Position numbers and translations under genes: made by a program. The notes under the pieces were generated by a model. That model saw only the letters and a list, made by a program, of their open reading frames with translations, was not told where the DNA came from and made no database searches. From the NCBI GenBank assembly GCA_016906335.1, contig JADEYG010000001.1:1612001-1676000 (forward strand): a DNA stretch of 64,000 nt. The letters are read 5' to 3'. Positions 22,859 through 34,052 of the stretch are shown piece after piece (position 1 is the stretch's first letter; each line of letters begins with the position of its first letter). The DNA comes from Novakomyces olei. Lineage: Eukaryota.

Positions 22859-24946
22859 TCATTTCAGATTCATAAATTCTTTTGATCTCAGGTACACGAG
22901 GTAACTGATCGAAACGGCTGGAGCCACTTTGAGCAGGTTAGGTATCAATCCTCTGTAAAGTCCACGAGGACCCTCGCTGCGTAGTGTCGTCGAAACAACG
23001 TCAAATATACCCGTATAGGTTTGAGGATGCATAGTACTGCCCTGGGCTTGCAATCTGACTCTGGCGCTGTTTAGGGGGTATACGATTGTTGCTCCTATGC
23101 TCCCACTAAGAGCGCCAAATTGTAGCACCGTCACATTAGACAGCTGAATGTCTGACGGTGAGCACCCGAGACTCTTTGCCTTGGCTGCAACGTACGTTTT
23201 CTTTAGTAACTCAAACGAACCAAGATCAAAAGCTGAAAATGTTAGCATTGCAATGGTAAGTCGAATAATTTCACATACCGCTATAAGGGAAAATGCCAGT
23301 TATGCCAAGAGCCAGACCCCGATAAAAGGCGCGAAAACCGTTCTGCCGCCACATTTTCTTTGCTGTCTCTAAAAGTACACTGTGGGAAGAAGTGCCTACT
23401 GGCTCGCATTGAACGCGACTGCGAATAAAGCGTTAGCCTGCAATATTAAAGAATAGAGAAATATAGAATATAGACTCTTAAAGCAGGGAGTTTTGATGAA
23501 GAAACACACAAGAAAAAAAAAACCCCCAAATTTCAATGGCATCCAGATCAAGTTTTAACGAGCTAAAACTTTTAAAAATAACTAAATAAACGAACGTAAA
23601 CAAATTATGAATGAAATGACAAAATCGTCTACTAGGTCAAATGTAGGCAGACGAAGCACAAATCTTAATTGTTACATACAATCTTAGTGTATCGAGTGGG
23701 TATACAGCAAACTGTGATACAGCACCGGCAAATCCTCCCGCTGCAAAGCTCGCGTAAGGGGACATGAACTCGACAGTGGTACCTTCTGCGTTCGCAAATG
23801 CCTTTTTGAACGTCTCAAAAGACCCAAATTTGATGGCTGATTCTGGCACAATTTTAACAACATTCAACGCGTTGCCGGTAAAAAAAGCACGAAGCCCACC
23901 CGATGAATAAATCGTAGTTACTGCATGAGCCAATCGAGTTTGTTTGAACCATGACGTAATAGGCTTGCGCGAAGTCTTGTGGGCCATTTCCGCAACCTCT
24001 TCCAGGGCCGTTGGGGGTAAAGGCGCTGCTTCTGTAATTAAAAAGGTCTTTAATCGGTCAAATGGTGCTGTAGCAGTTCGCGAGACTGCACCTGCAAGAC
24101 CACCCGCGGCGAAATAGCCGATGCCATTAATTATTTCAGCCGACAATAAAACATCTCCTTCCGAGGAATCGTGCAGCGTAGACTGGTAGAAGCTAAATAC
24201 ATTCGAAACATTAGGATTTTGCGGGAAGAACAGTAAAAACCGCCGCCATTCATCAAACGATATGTCTGCACAGGTAAGCTTGGACTCGGTTCAAAACATG
24301 ATTAACTTGGGAAACGAAAAAGGATAACAAAGAACAAAAACAATAAACTGAGACGGCAAAAAATGCTAAATAATTGAACAAATGTATTGTAACTATGCCT
24401 AAAAAACTCACATCCGTCCGCATCTTGGTCAATATAATCAAAAAATTCTGTAAAATTAGCGTAACTCATAGCCGTTATTCGTACCTTTCATTTGGGCACC
24501 ATCCAAATGAATTCCAGCAGCAGAGAGTGCTGCCTCTATATCCTGTGGAGCCAACTTCCCGTGCGGTGCCGTTGTATCGAGAGATTTAAACAACTCCCAC
24601 AACTGACTCTCCGTCTCATCAAAAAATTGGTCAAAATCTTCATACTAGTACTGTTAAAAAACATCTTCTAAATTTGTGCATACACTTATTTTGCCACTGC
24701 GCGACCGATCAATCTTGTTGAATACCTGAGATTAAGAATTTGAGTTTAAATATGTATACTTCATACCTCTTGAAGTAAATCATGAGCATCACTGAGCGGA
24801 TGGTTCATACGCCGAAGTCCAGCTTGAAGATCATCTATACTAGCTAAATGGCCCGTTTTCCGAGTGTCAAGAGTATCAAAAAGTTCCCGGGTCGTGTCCG
24901 CCTCCTCCGTGTCCGGTTTCCCATGTTCAACTCCTGATTTTGACAT
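22859..24946 (-). CDS. SAL1: Ca2+-binding (EF-hand) mitochondrial ATP-Mg/Pi carrier, about 7 exons
   Basis: EF-hand-like N-terminus (LFDTLDTRKTGHL), then AGGLAGAVSRTATAPFDRLK, PESAIKFGSFE, YPLDTLR and GLYRGLIPNLLKVAPAVSISY. Confidence 0.92.
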
Positions 24947-25571
24947 TGCCTCTTTCAGTTTAGCGGTCAAGACGGGAGTCAAAGATTCCAGCCAAAAGTG
25001 AATTTGACCCTGCTGTTTTAAAGTAGCAGAATTATGTCGCCCAATGGCCCACAGCCACGCTTATCAATATCATTTAGAACTTTTGACTGTAACGATGCTA
25101 ATCTGTGGCCAAATACTGAGCGTCTGATTTGTTCAAACGAATATAATGATATAATATATATGTTCATTAATTTATATACTTATTTGTATATTTGTATTAT
25201 TATTGTGCACATTGGAATTTGTATCAAATATACGTTCACTAATAAAGGTATACTTGTTGGCCGTACGTATATCAGCATAATAAAAAGCGCGATAGATTTT
25301 TGGGTTTGCATGGTATAATATTCACAGTGTTTTTGCGCGGTCGATAAGCTCCAATTAGGAGCAGAGTGAAAACAGTTTGAAAACAGTGAATGAGGTGGCA
25401 TCAAGAGTTTTTGTGCCGCGCTGCTTTAGGGATATTCTTTTCAGTTTTAGCCTACTCAGCATTTGAAATCTGACAATGGAGCAGCAGCTGGAAGAAAGTC
25501 GTTGCAGACGGGCATAGTAATAAGCTAGCGTTCATTATTTTGAGCTTCGGCTATTAAAAAAAGCACCTGCA

Positions 25572-26696
25572 ATGGCGGCCAATTATTGGGACTCGTCACA
25601 ATTGTATGTGTAAAGCGAAACCTAAAGCTAACGAATACAGTCAGGAATGGAAGTTTCCACAAGATCGAGTCGAACAGCAGCATCGGTCGCTGCATTCTCC
25701 GTTCCTTGGGACTTCGGTGCGCCAATGGACTTCACTCCAAATATATCTTTACGGTGTTCTCACAAAGCTGGCAATTCGCTTAAATGCGCCTCAAATTGTA
25801 CGGAGCACAGCGATGGCGTATCTTATGCGATTTTATTACCGGTAATTAATCATTTTAAAGACGGACTTTACTGAGCAGTCTAAGAATGAGTATTATGTCG
25901 GTCAACCCGTATATGCTTGTTGCAGCGTGTCTGTACTTTGCCAGCAAAATGGAAGAGACGCCTGTACATTTAAGGACTGTAATGAGCGAAGCCCAGTCTG
26001 TGTTTAAAGGTAACATGACGATAGCTTTGCGGCCTTTTCATCTTTGCGCTTTCATTCTCATGCCCTAATCTGCTTTTTATTAGACAAAAGCAGAGCTTTG
26101 TGTATACTTGTACATTTTCGCTATCTCTGGATACCTCGTGCTAATGTCTAGAACATGTAATATCTGATACGGGCCTTTTGGCAGAGCACGAGTTCCGGCT
26201 CGTTCAAGTCATGGACTGTTGCCTGATTGTGCATCATCCTTATCGTACATTGCAGCAACTACAGCCCGTGGTGAAATTGAAGCCTGGCGAAATGCAGCGT
26301 GCTTGGTACTTTATATTAAAAGACTCTGCAAGCTAACCCAGTCAAAGGTCTGTGGTAAATGACTCGTACGGATCGAGCGCTATGCTGATTTTCGCACCGC
26401 ATATCATAGCGCTGGCAGCTATTTGTCTCGCCTTGGCGAACGAAGGCCCGCCTGGGCCGAGATCAAAAGACAGAGCTAGTAGCGCCGATGAAGGAGCGCC
26501 TACTGATGCGAACAAGATAATGGCTTGGATTGCGGATAGTCGCATTGATATAAAGGAACTCTTTGCATGTATGGAAATGATTCTGGCAACATGGGCTTTA
26601 TGGGATGAGATTGACGGGATTTCTTGCGAGGCCATACTTTCGAGCTGCGCGCATAAAGCGCTTGAGGAAAGATCAGACCGCAAGAAGGCAAAATAA
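25572..26696 (+). CDS. SSN8: Cyclin C (Mediator CDK8 module), 5 exons
   Basis: MAANYWDSSQ start, STAMAYLMRFY, ACLYFASKMEETPVHLR, LIVHHPYRTL and VNDSY..PHIIALA. Confidence 0.92.
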
Positions 26697-26806
26697 TAAT
26701 TATAGGCATGTGGCAGATCGTTTCATATATCCAATGTAAATATAAGTTAATTAAGAGTTTCTTTTACCAAAATTGCTACTGCAATACCTTATACTGTGTA
26801 ATGCTT

Positions 26807-26950
26807 GCTTTATATACAACTCGCTTTATATACAACTCGCTTTATATACAACTCGCTTTATATACAACTCGCTTTATATACTACTCGCTTTATATACAAC
26901 TCGCTTTATATACAACTCGCTTTATATACTACTCGCTTTATACTACTTGC
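26807..26950. repeat. 16-bp minisatellite (GCTTTATATACAACTC) x8-9
   Basis: Head-to-tail copies with an A>T variant in copies 5 and 8; there are no spacers. Confidence 0.95.
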
Positions 26951-27406
26951 TATTGTACAGCAAATCAGAGCCTATATACTTAACGGTACTTAACCCTGAT
27001 ATTGCTTGGAATACAGGCTATGTATGCTCGATATATGTACGTTAGTGGAAAAGTATCAGCGCGCCGCGTACCAATTGAGCGCTGTGGTAAAAACATACGC
27101 TATATGATTGTGGGCGCGGTAACGCGGTGGCACTATAGGGCAAACATAATATATAGAAATTAATAGATTCCAGCAATAAACCGCTGTACTGTGAGGCGTA
27201 TAAAAATAGAATCTTGGCGGACACGTTTAACGTCGACGTTACTGCAAACCTGTGTAAGTAACAAAAGAGCATACCAGTCACGACGCAAACACGGGAGACG
27301 AACCCCACGTTCACTTCTCCCAGGCAGTGCAGAACTCTAAAGCAGCAACGTGCTTTAGCTTGCGACCTCACAGTATATAACGCGTAAGGCGCAAATTACG
27401 GAGCCG

Positions 27407-27976
27407 ATGTTTTACCGCAGCAAGTCGCTGCAAGACGCGACGGAACTCGGTGCAAAACTGAGTAATTATTTCACCAGTTTCGAGTTGGCCAAGGGCTTCG
27501 ACGCCGAGGACGATTTGGAATTCTGTCCGACCCTTACTGCGGCAGAGCTGCAGGCTATCTATGCCGAGCAAACTGCAATTGCAGCTCGGTCGCCTCCACT
27601 GAGCTCGGCTTCGTCAAACTCGAAGCAGCCAAACTTTCACGCTCAGAGTGTGCCTCCCGTTTCTAATGCCGCTGCTGCCAGTATGTCCGTCTACGCTCAA
27701 AGGGCCAAGCAAATGAACCAGATGCAATACTATTCGCAACCACCAGCACAGGTCTATCAGCCTCCGCAGCAAACCTATTACACCCAAATGAATGCATACC
27801 CGGCGCGGCAAGCTCAACAGCATTCGAATGTGATAGCCGGGAACGCTATGCAGTACCGACGTGAGGCCAATATGGGTTCAGGCAATATGTTTAACGGGTC
27901 TGAGCATTCTCCGCCAATGTTTTCTCCCGGGTTTGGAGAAAATTTGAATATGCGCGACTGGAATATGATCTATTAA
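27407..27976 (+). CDS. Uncharacterised fungal protein with an FDxEDDLEFCP motif and a Q/N/Y-rich tail (DUF4452-like, from memory)
   Basis: FELAKGFDAEDDLEFCPTL followed by a low-complexity Q/P/Y/M region; TATAAAAA at about 27199. Confidence 0.8.
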   Translation: MFYRSKSLQDATELGAKLSNYFTSFELAKGFDAEDDLEFCPTLTAAELQAIYAEQTAIAARSPPLSSASSNSKQPNFHAQSVPPVSNAAAASMSVYAQRAKQMNQMQYYSQPPAQVYQPPQQTYYTQMNAYPARQAQQHSNVIAGNAMQYRREANMGSGNMFNGSEHSPPMFSPGFGENLNMRDWNMIY

Positions 27977-28539
27977 TCATCTTTACTGCGTCTGTTTACT
28001 TTTGTATAATTTTTGGACATATTCTTTCTCTTGTTTGCCCTCGTTTTTGCATTGGTTGTGATGGATGGGATTGCGCAAGTGGCAAGCCATCTATGTGATT
28101 CCTGTATTGTCGTTGATTCGAGGCATGGAACTCGTTCGGGACACAATTGAATTTGAACATGATTTTGCGAATGCTTTTGATTTAAGAATCGACTATGATT
28201 TGACGCGAGCGACTGCGATTGGAGTGCGCACGCCGCTGTTTACGATAGTATTGGCATCGATTTTGTGGAGTTTCTAGTTATGCATGTACATGATGACAAT
28301 ATTATAGAATTTATACATATGCATTCTATCATTATTTGCTGAATATTTAAATATTCATGTCGCCTTGTAACGCATAAATAACGTTTTTGAGAGAAAGTAT
28401 ACTACTACTTTAAGAATAGGCGCGATACCTGCAGTAATTCGCCAGGTTTATTAAGTATTGCGTTTGAGAATAGGGGAGCCAACGATGGGGGCAAGGGGCC
28501 AGGCTTTACAATTAAAAGGCCGATTTTCACACCGCGTAC

Positions 28540-29330
28540 CCTGTATCTTATCCCCAATAAATTCTTTCCAGTCTTTTGCAGACTTAATTTTGCCCGTTCA
28601 GTAAAGGAAACGAGCAGGGAGCAGCCAGTTTTGTACATCTCAAAGATTAAATACTCGTTTACCATATACCATAATTTATTCCTGTCTCATATCAATCCAC
28701 TGTGTACCTTACAAATTACTGCTTTTACAGGTTGGTTAATGCTTATTTGTCGCCCCTCAACCGGATCACACGGAAAACCTGAATTTAGCCGCATTTTGTG
28801 GCAATTATTCTTGATCCAAAGTATGGGTATTGTATCCGTCTTCGCCGAGATAGTGAAGGAGTTTTACCTCTAGTTTTACATTTCGTTCATTTCACTTTAA
28901 TACATTCACACATATCACTACCACACTGCACATGTGCAGCATCACTAACACTTGCGTGTTAAATGCTTTAGCAATTCTATGCAAGATGAAATCCGTCGAG
29001 ATAGTGCTACAAAGTCAAATGTAAATTGACAGCATGATCTCTTGTTTTGCAAGCGTTGGCTGGATATGGTTTAGGGAAAGGTAACTCTGATCACCTGCGT
29101 TAATTCGCTTTGTAGTTTTAAATTTTAGTTATAGACCGAGTCTGGTGACTAGTGAACGCGCAGTGGACCTATCAACGAACGGCGTTGGAAACATGACTCT
29201 TCTTATTCGCGTGCAAATAGTATTACATACTCGACCGCTTTGGTTTTATGGCTTAGAACGAGTATGACATCATAACCTTGGGGTATTCTGACATTTTACA
29301 GAGTTGAAAGACCAAAACACACAAGTAAGC
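28540..29330 (-). ncRNA. Candidate large structured ncRNA, putative telomerase RNA (TER)
   Basis: No credible ORF; TATA at about 29350-29360; long-range 5'/3' helices; a GCAA tetraloop hairpin; telomere-like CCCUAAACC next to a hairpin; an Sm-like site and a GUACGC donor at the 3' end (see findings). Confidence 0.45.
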
Positions 29331-29499
29331 TAAAAGGTTTCAAGCAAATATAATATAATAAGAAATGCTTGATATAGCGAATGCGGGTTAACGCGGATTA
29401 GGGCTGGGGACATGACGTTATTTTGGCCCAGTACAATTCGAATCAGTAATACTGGCTACGACTCCTTCGACTCATCTTGACACTTGCCATTAAATAAAG

Positions 29500-29760
29500 A
29501 TGCTTCGAGCTTATCTTCAATCGGCGGCTCTACGCCCCGCAGCTGTTCGCTATAGTACGGCCTTGCCCGCACTCGCGCGGCAATACAGCAAACAGCCACC
29601 AAAGTCTTCGTCGGATAAATCTGTTCCGGTTGATCACGCACCCGAGTGGGACGAGGCGGATGCAACTTATAGCGAAGCAGATATCAAAGCCGATCACGAG
29701 CATATTGATAGCATTGAGGAGCTACAGGAGAAGACTGCTCACCACAAAACGCAGTCTTGA
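29500..29760 (+). CDS. Small conserved fungal protein, probably mitochondrial
   Basis: Arg/Ala-rich presequence-like N-terminus followed by the acidic motif HAPEWDEADATYSEADIKADH. Confidence 0.75.
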   Translation: MLRAYLQSAALRPAAVRYSTALPALARQYSKQPPKSSSDKSVPVDHAPEWDEADATYSEADIKADHEHIDSIEELQEKTAHHKTQS

Positions 29761-29974
29761 ACGGGTCTGGTATTTGACTGAGAATTGGCAAATCTAAAGT
29801 TGTGCAACTTTACTCGTGGACTAGTTTGCGAACTATATCATTTTGCTCTCTAAATTTCGTTCTTTGCAGCCGTCATTCAAAGATCACACGATAGCCTATA
29901 CATAATTATACTGCGAACGTACATATTGAGTAAGGCATTAGTTTGGCGTAGGATTATATTGCTTTGGCTTCTAT

Positions 29975-32152
29975 TCAACGCCGAATGCGTCGCAGCTCTC
30001 CTGTTTCTGGAGCGGCGCGCTCTAAAACTTCGCCCATTCCAGCTTCTTCCATACGCGACTCTAATGTCCGTACTTCCTCACGAACAGACCAGTAGTACTC
30101 CTCGGCTTCAGCAAACGCAAGGCGTCTCATTTCCTTTCCTCGCGGTATTTCGTCAGAAGTAGATCGGGGTACATTGATTATTCGATCCATCCAACTATTT
30201 CCGAGGCGAGCGAAGTACTCACGTAAGGTCTCAAATGGTCGTGCTGCCATTGGGTCTTCATTATCGAGGACAGGAGACTCTTCATCTTCTGCAGGTTCAT
30301 GAGAAGCATCGTTGCCGTCTTTGACTTGTGAATTCTCTTTGTCACTGTCATCATCAGCGGAATTTTGCAAACCAAGGCCTTTAAAATCATCATAGACCCC
30401 ATCTCCATCTCCATCTTCATCTCCATCTTCATCTCCCTCACTGTCCTCGTCTTCCGACTCCTGCCAGTCCGCATCGTCCTCGATCCGTTGCTCCCAAATA
30501 ACGGTGCAGCCATCGAGTTTGGCCAAATCAATCGTGTGCAGAGAATCTAGAGTGTATTCTCGATTTTTGCTTTCAAAAAGCCCACCATAGATCCATAGAC
30601 GATCTCTTGTCACTGCAAGAGCCGCATTAAATCTAATATTAGTATCTGCACATAATAGTTTATTATACGAAAAAAAAAAAAATAAATAAACGGTTGATTG
30701 ATTGACTTGTTCTGTTGCTCTCCTACCTTGCATGTGGAAGCTGCATAGACTTGACCAACTCTGATGACAGTGCTCCTTCCGCTTGACCCTCGTTCGCCTC
30801 GTCATCTTCATTCAACCTTTCTCGTAAATCATCCTCGTGATTTCTATCAGAATCTCCATTTTCAACCTTGGTTTTATCTTCTTCAGTGTCGCCGTGGCCC
30901 CTCGCAGCATTCAAACTCTTGATCAAACGTTCGTTTTCAAGCAATTCATCGATACGACTGGTCGAGTTTGTATTACGAGGAACAGGCTGTGCAACCCTTT
31001 TTCTGGCCAGTTTAGGCTGGCGCAACTTAAGAGCAAACCATCTATTTGAGTCAATGTTAAGAGCCCACAGCTCGTTGTAAAAAACAGACTCTAGCGTCTC
31101 CTCCGTGTCTACTACATCGTGAACTCCACCAAAAACTATCGCTCGGCCTTTGTGCATAACTGCGGTCATACCCACTCTTGGGCTCGGAGCATTAGCCGCT
31201 CGTTTCCGCCTTTCCCATTTCCAATTTTGCATGTCACGATCAAGTTTCAACGTCCAATAATCCCCGTGTACTACACCGCGCGAGGAGTTACGGCCCGTCT
31301 TTAATTTGGAATAGCCTCCGATTAGTACGGCAGAGTCCCGACCCGGTACAAAAATTCCACCAGACCGAGGGTCAGGCTGAGAGGCAGTTTTGCCCAATCG
31401 AAGCTCTCGCCACTCGTACGTATCTAGATCAAATGCCCACAAGTCCTGCAAATAACGAGTTTGAATTGACGTATCAACAAAACCACCAAAAACAATAATA
31501 TAATTTTTCCAGCAAATCATACGATGCCCTGAGCGTGCACACGGAGCTGCACCACCCTTTGCATCGATGCGGGACCATGTGCGTTCTTCCGGATCAAAAG
31601 ACCAAAAATCACCGTAATGATAAAATGTATTTTGCCGCGGTGAAGCAAATTCACCACCAAACATGAAAACACGACCGGAAGAATGTACAGTTATTTGATG
31701 AGATGACCGCGGTAATGGAGTGTTGCGAGACGATATTTTGCGCCATTGATCTTTGCTGATATCATACACAAAAAGATCATTGTAAAAGGCAATTATTGAC
31801 CCATTAAAATATTCGCCACCAAATAGAAAAAGTTCTGTATGCTTTACAGAGAATAGAGCAGCATTTACTCGCCGACTAGGCCACGTGCAAACTTCTTCGG
31901 AAACCTGTAAAAGAGCTTCTTGCTCTGCTTTATACTGTGACAGAATTTCATCAATATCTTGATCCTCGCCGTAAAGCTCCTTGTCCCTTCTTTTCTCTTT
32001 GTCTGCCTTTAATTTGGCTTTTCGTTTTGTCTTTATTGATGGTTAGCCATTCTCAACTTGGAGCAATAAAAAAAGGTAGTTTGCCCTCATACTTTTTGTG
32101 CTACGCGTGCCCGTTTTTCCGCCTGTTGTGCCTCTTTTGACTTTTTTGCCAT
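29975..32152 (-). CDS. KEL3: Kelch-repeat protein Kel3/KLHDC4 family, 3 exons
   Basis: FLFGGEYFNG, PLPRSSHQ, FGGEFASPRQNTFYHYGDFW, ARSGHRM, FGGVHD, PHAR|FNA and a C-terminal PFETLREYFAR domain. Confidence 0.92.
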
Positions 32153-32618
32153 CGCTAAGGCGTTGCGCCACTTATTTTATTACAATTGGTTCATCTGCCT
32201 TTGTCGAGCATGTGAAGTTGATCTAGAGCTCCTTCACTCTGCGCTTCAATTACAAAAAGATTTAACATTTGGCACAATAAAATTAAATTGTATAATCCAT
32301 ACAACGTACGTAATAATATTGAATATATTTTTTGTACAGTACGTTTTACATTCATTTTACGTAAAAAAGAGAGTTGGCAAGTATGCCGCGATTGCAATTC
32401 GCAATCTGCGCGCATTGAGTAGCCGACGATCATTCGTAAACGAAATTTCTGAAAAAGACTTGTCTTTAATTCCCCCTAATTCGATAGAGTATAAATTTCG
32501 TGTATAATTTCGAAATACTATGATCTCAGAGAATAAATCTAGACTTTTCTAAAAGTGTGGAGAGGAAAATAACGCAGAGATCGACAATCCGAACACTTGG
32601 TCCCATTTCTCCAAGGCA

Positions 32619-33306
32619 ATGGCATTCTCTGTGCGTCGTGCGACTCGGGCAGATGTTCCTCTAATCTTGGACTTTATCAAAGAATTGGCCAATTATCAAA
32701 ATGCGGCAGAAAGCGTTATAGCGACTGAGAAGCTGCTGCAGGAGAACATCAACTTTGAAGACGGTATCGGAGATGGCCACGTTTATTGTCTTGTGGCCTG
32801 CCGAGATGATGAGGTAAGAATTGCGTTTTGTTCAAATTGCTCTAACTCTAGTAGCCGGTGGGAATGGCCCTTTACTTTTTTAATTTTTCGTAAGCAGCCT
32901 GCTCTTCATTCTCGCATGCGTCTGACACATATTAGAACGTGGAACGGCCGTCCCGGTATATATCTGGAAGACTTGTATGTGCGAGAGCAGTACAGGGGCC
33001 ATAAATTAGGTCTGGCGCTTTTGGTAATATTTTGATCGAGGCAAAGCTGCTAATTCAAACTCAGTCGGCTCTAGCACAGATTGGAAAGCGAATTAACGCC
33101 ACGAGACTTGAATGGGTGGTACGGATTTTGGAGCTTGCTTCATGCTAACACAAAAGGTGCTTAATGATAACGAGCCGAGTATTAAATTCTACGAATCAAT
33201 TGGGGCAAAATCATTGCATGAATGGACAAAAATGCGCGTTGAGGGGGATGCCATCAATAACGTCGCAACGCTCCTTTCTCAAGGTACAGTAGCAATAACT
33301 GTCTAG
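32619..33306 (+). CDS. GNAT N-acetyltransferase, spermidine/spermine acetyltransferase-like, 5 exons
   Basis: [36 protein letters not shown] and RLEWVVLNDNEPSIKFYESIGA. Confidence 0.9.
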
Positions 33307-33575
33307 TTCCATATCTTTTGCCGGCTGCTTTGGACTTTCAAACAGAGTTTTCATCTGCCTCGAGTAAGACTGCCAAGCCTGCTGCAAATTGATCTATGCA
33401 TATTTCAGACAGGATGGGCTTGATTTTTTAAGACACAAAGATTAGAGCAAAGCATACGGAAAACTATTTGTTTTCTGCCGAAAATATAACCCTAGCAATT
33501 GAGCATTTTACACAGTACACTACGTCGTGCATTCGCTAGTACATTGGTTGAATATACATTGCAATAATCTTATCG

Positions 33576-34052
33576 CTACTTGTCGTCAAAGGTAGATGGT
33601 ACAGCCGCCCGTTTGCGATCGGGTACTGCGATACGTTAGACCATAAAACATAGAACAGTAATAAAGCCGAGTATAAATAGAGTGAATATGCATTAAAATA
33701 GAGGTAAAGGCTGCGAATAAAAAGGACAAATATAATAGAAAAACGAACTGTTTGAAGAAGAGGCTCCTTGATCAGCTTACGCGGATATGTTGTAGGAATA
33801 CGATTCGGCATCTTGTAGCCGAGAGCGTCCCGAATGGAAGGCCCAAAGATCAAGATAAGCGGGCCTGTTAGAAATGTTAGTTGCTGCCAGGGACGGAGAT
33901 AATAATACCCGCGAAACCAATTGCCAGCGGAAATACAAATTGAGGTCGTTCCAAGGCGGCCTTTTTCTAGTCACAGGTTAGAAGCAATGAGGAAAAGTAA
34001 ATACCAAGTATGCGATGGGACCGGCCCAAAAGTCGGAATGTGCAGAACTCAT
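33576..34052 (-). CDS. NADH:ubiquinone oxidoreductase 9.5-kDa accessory subunit (NI9M/NDUFA3-like), 4 exons
   Basis: Spliced product MSSAHSDFWAGPIAYLKKAALERPQFVFPLAIGFAGPLILIFGPSIRDALGYKMPNRIPTTYPLPDRKRAAVPSTFDDK*. Confidence 0.85.

Noticed and set aside
26807-26950. CRISPR-like array
   Set aside because: The repeats are head-to-tail with no unique spacers, there are no cas genes, and the context is eukaryotic. ORFs 26708-27045 are artefacts of the repeat.
28405-28665. 86-aa minus-strand ORF as a protein-coding gene
   Set aside because: It has no recognisable motif and I could not build a spliceable upstream exon. It overlaps the paired region of the ncRNA candidate. It is not formally excluded.
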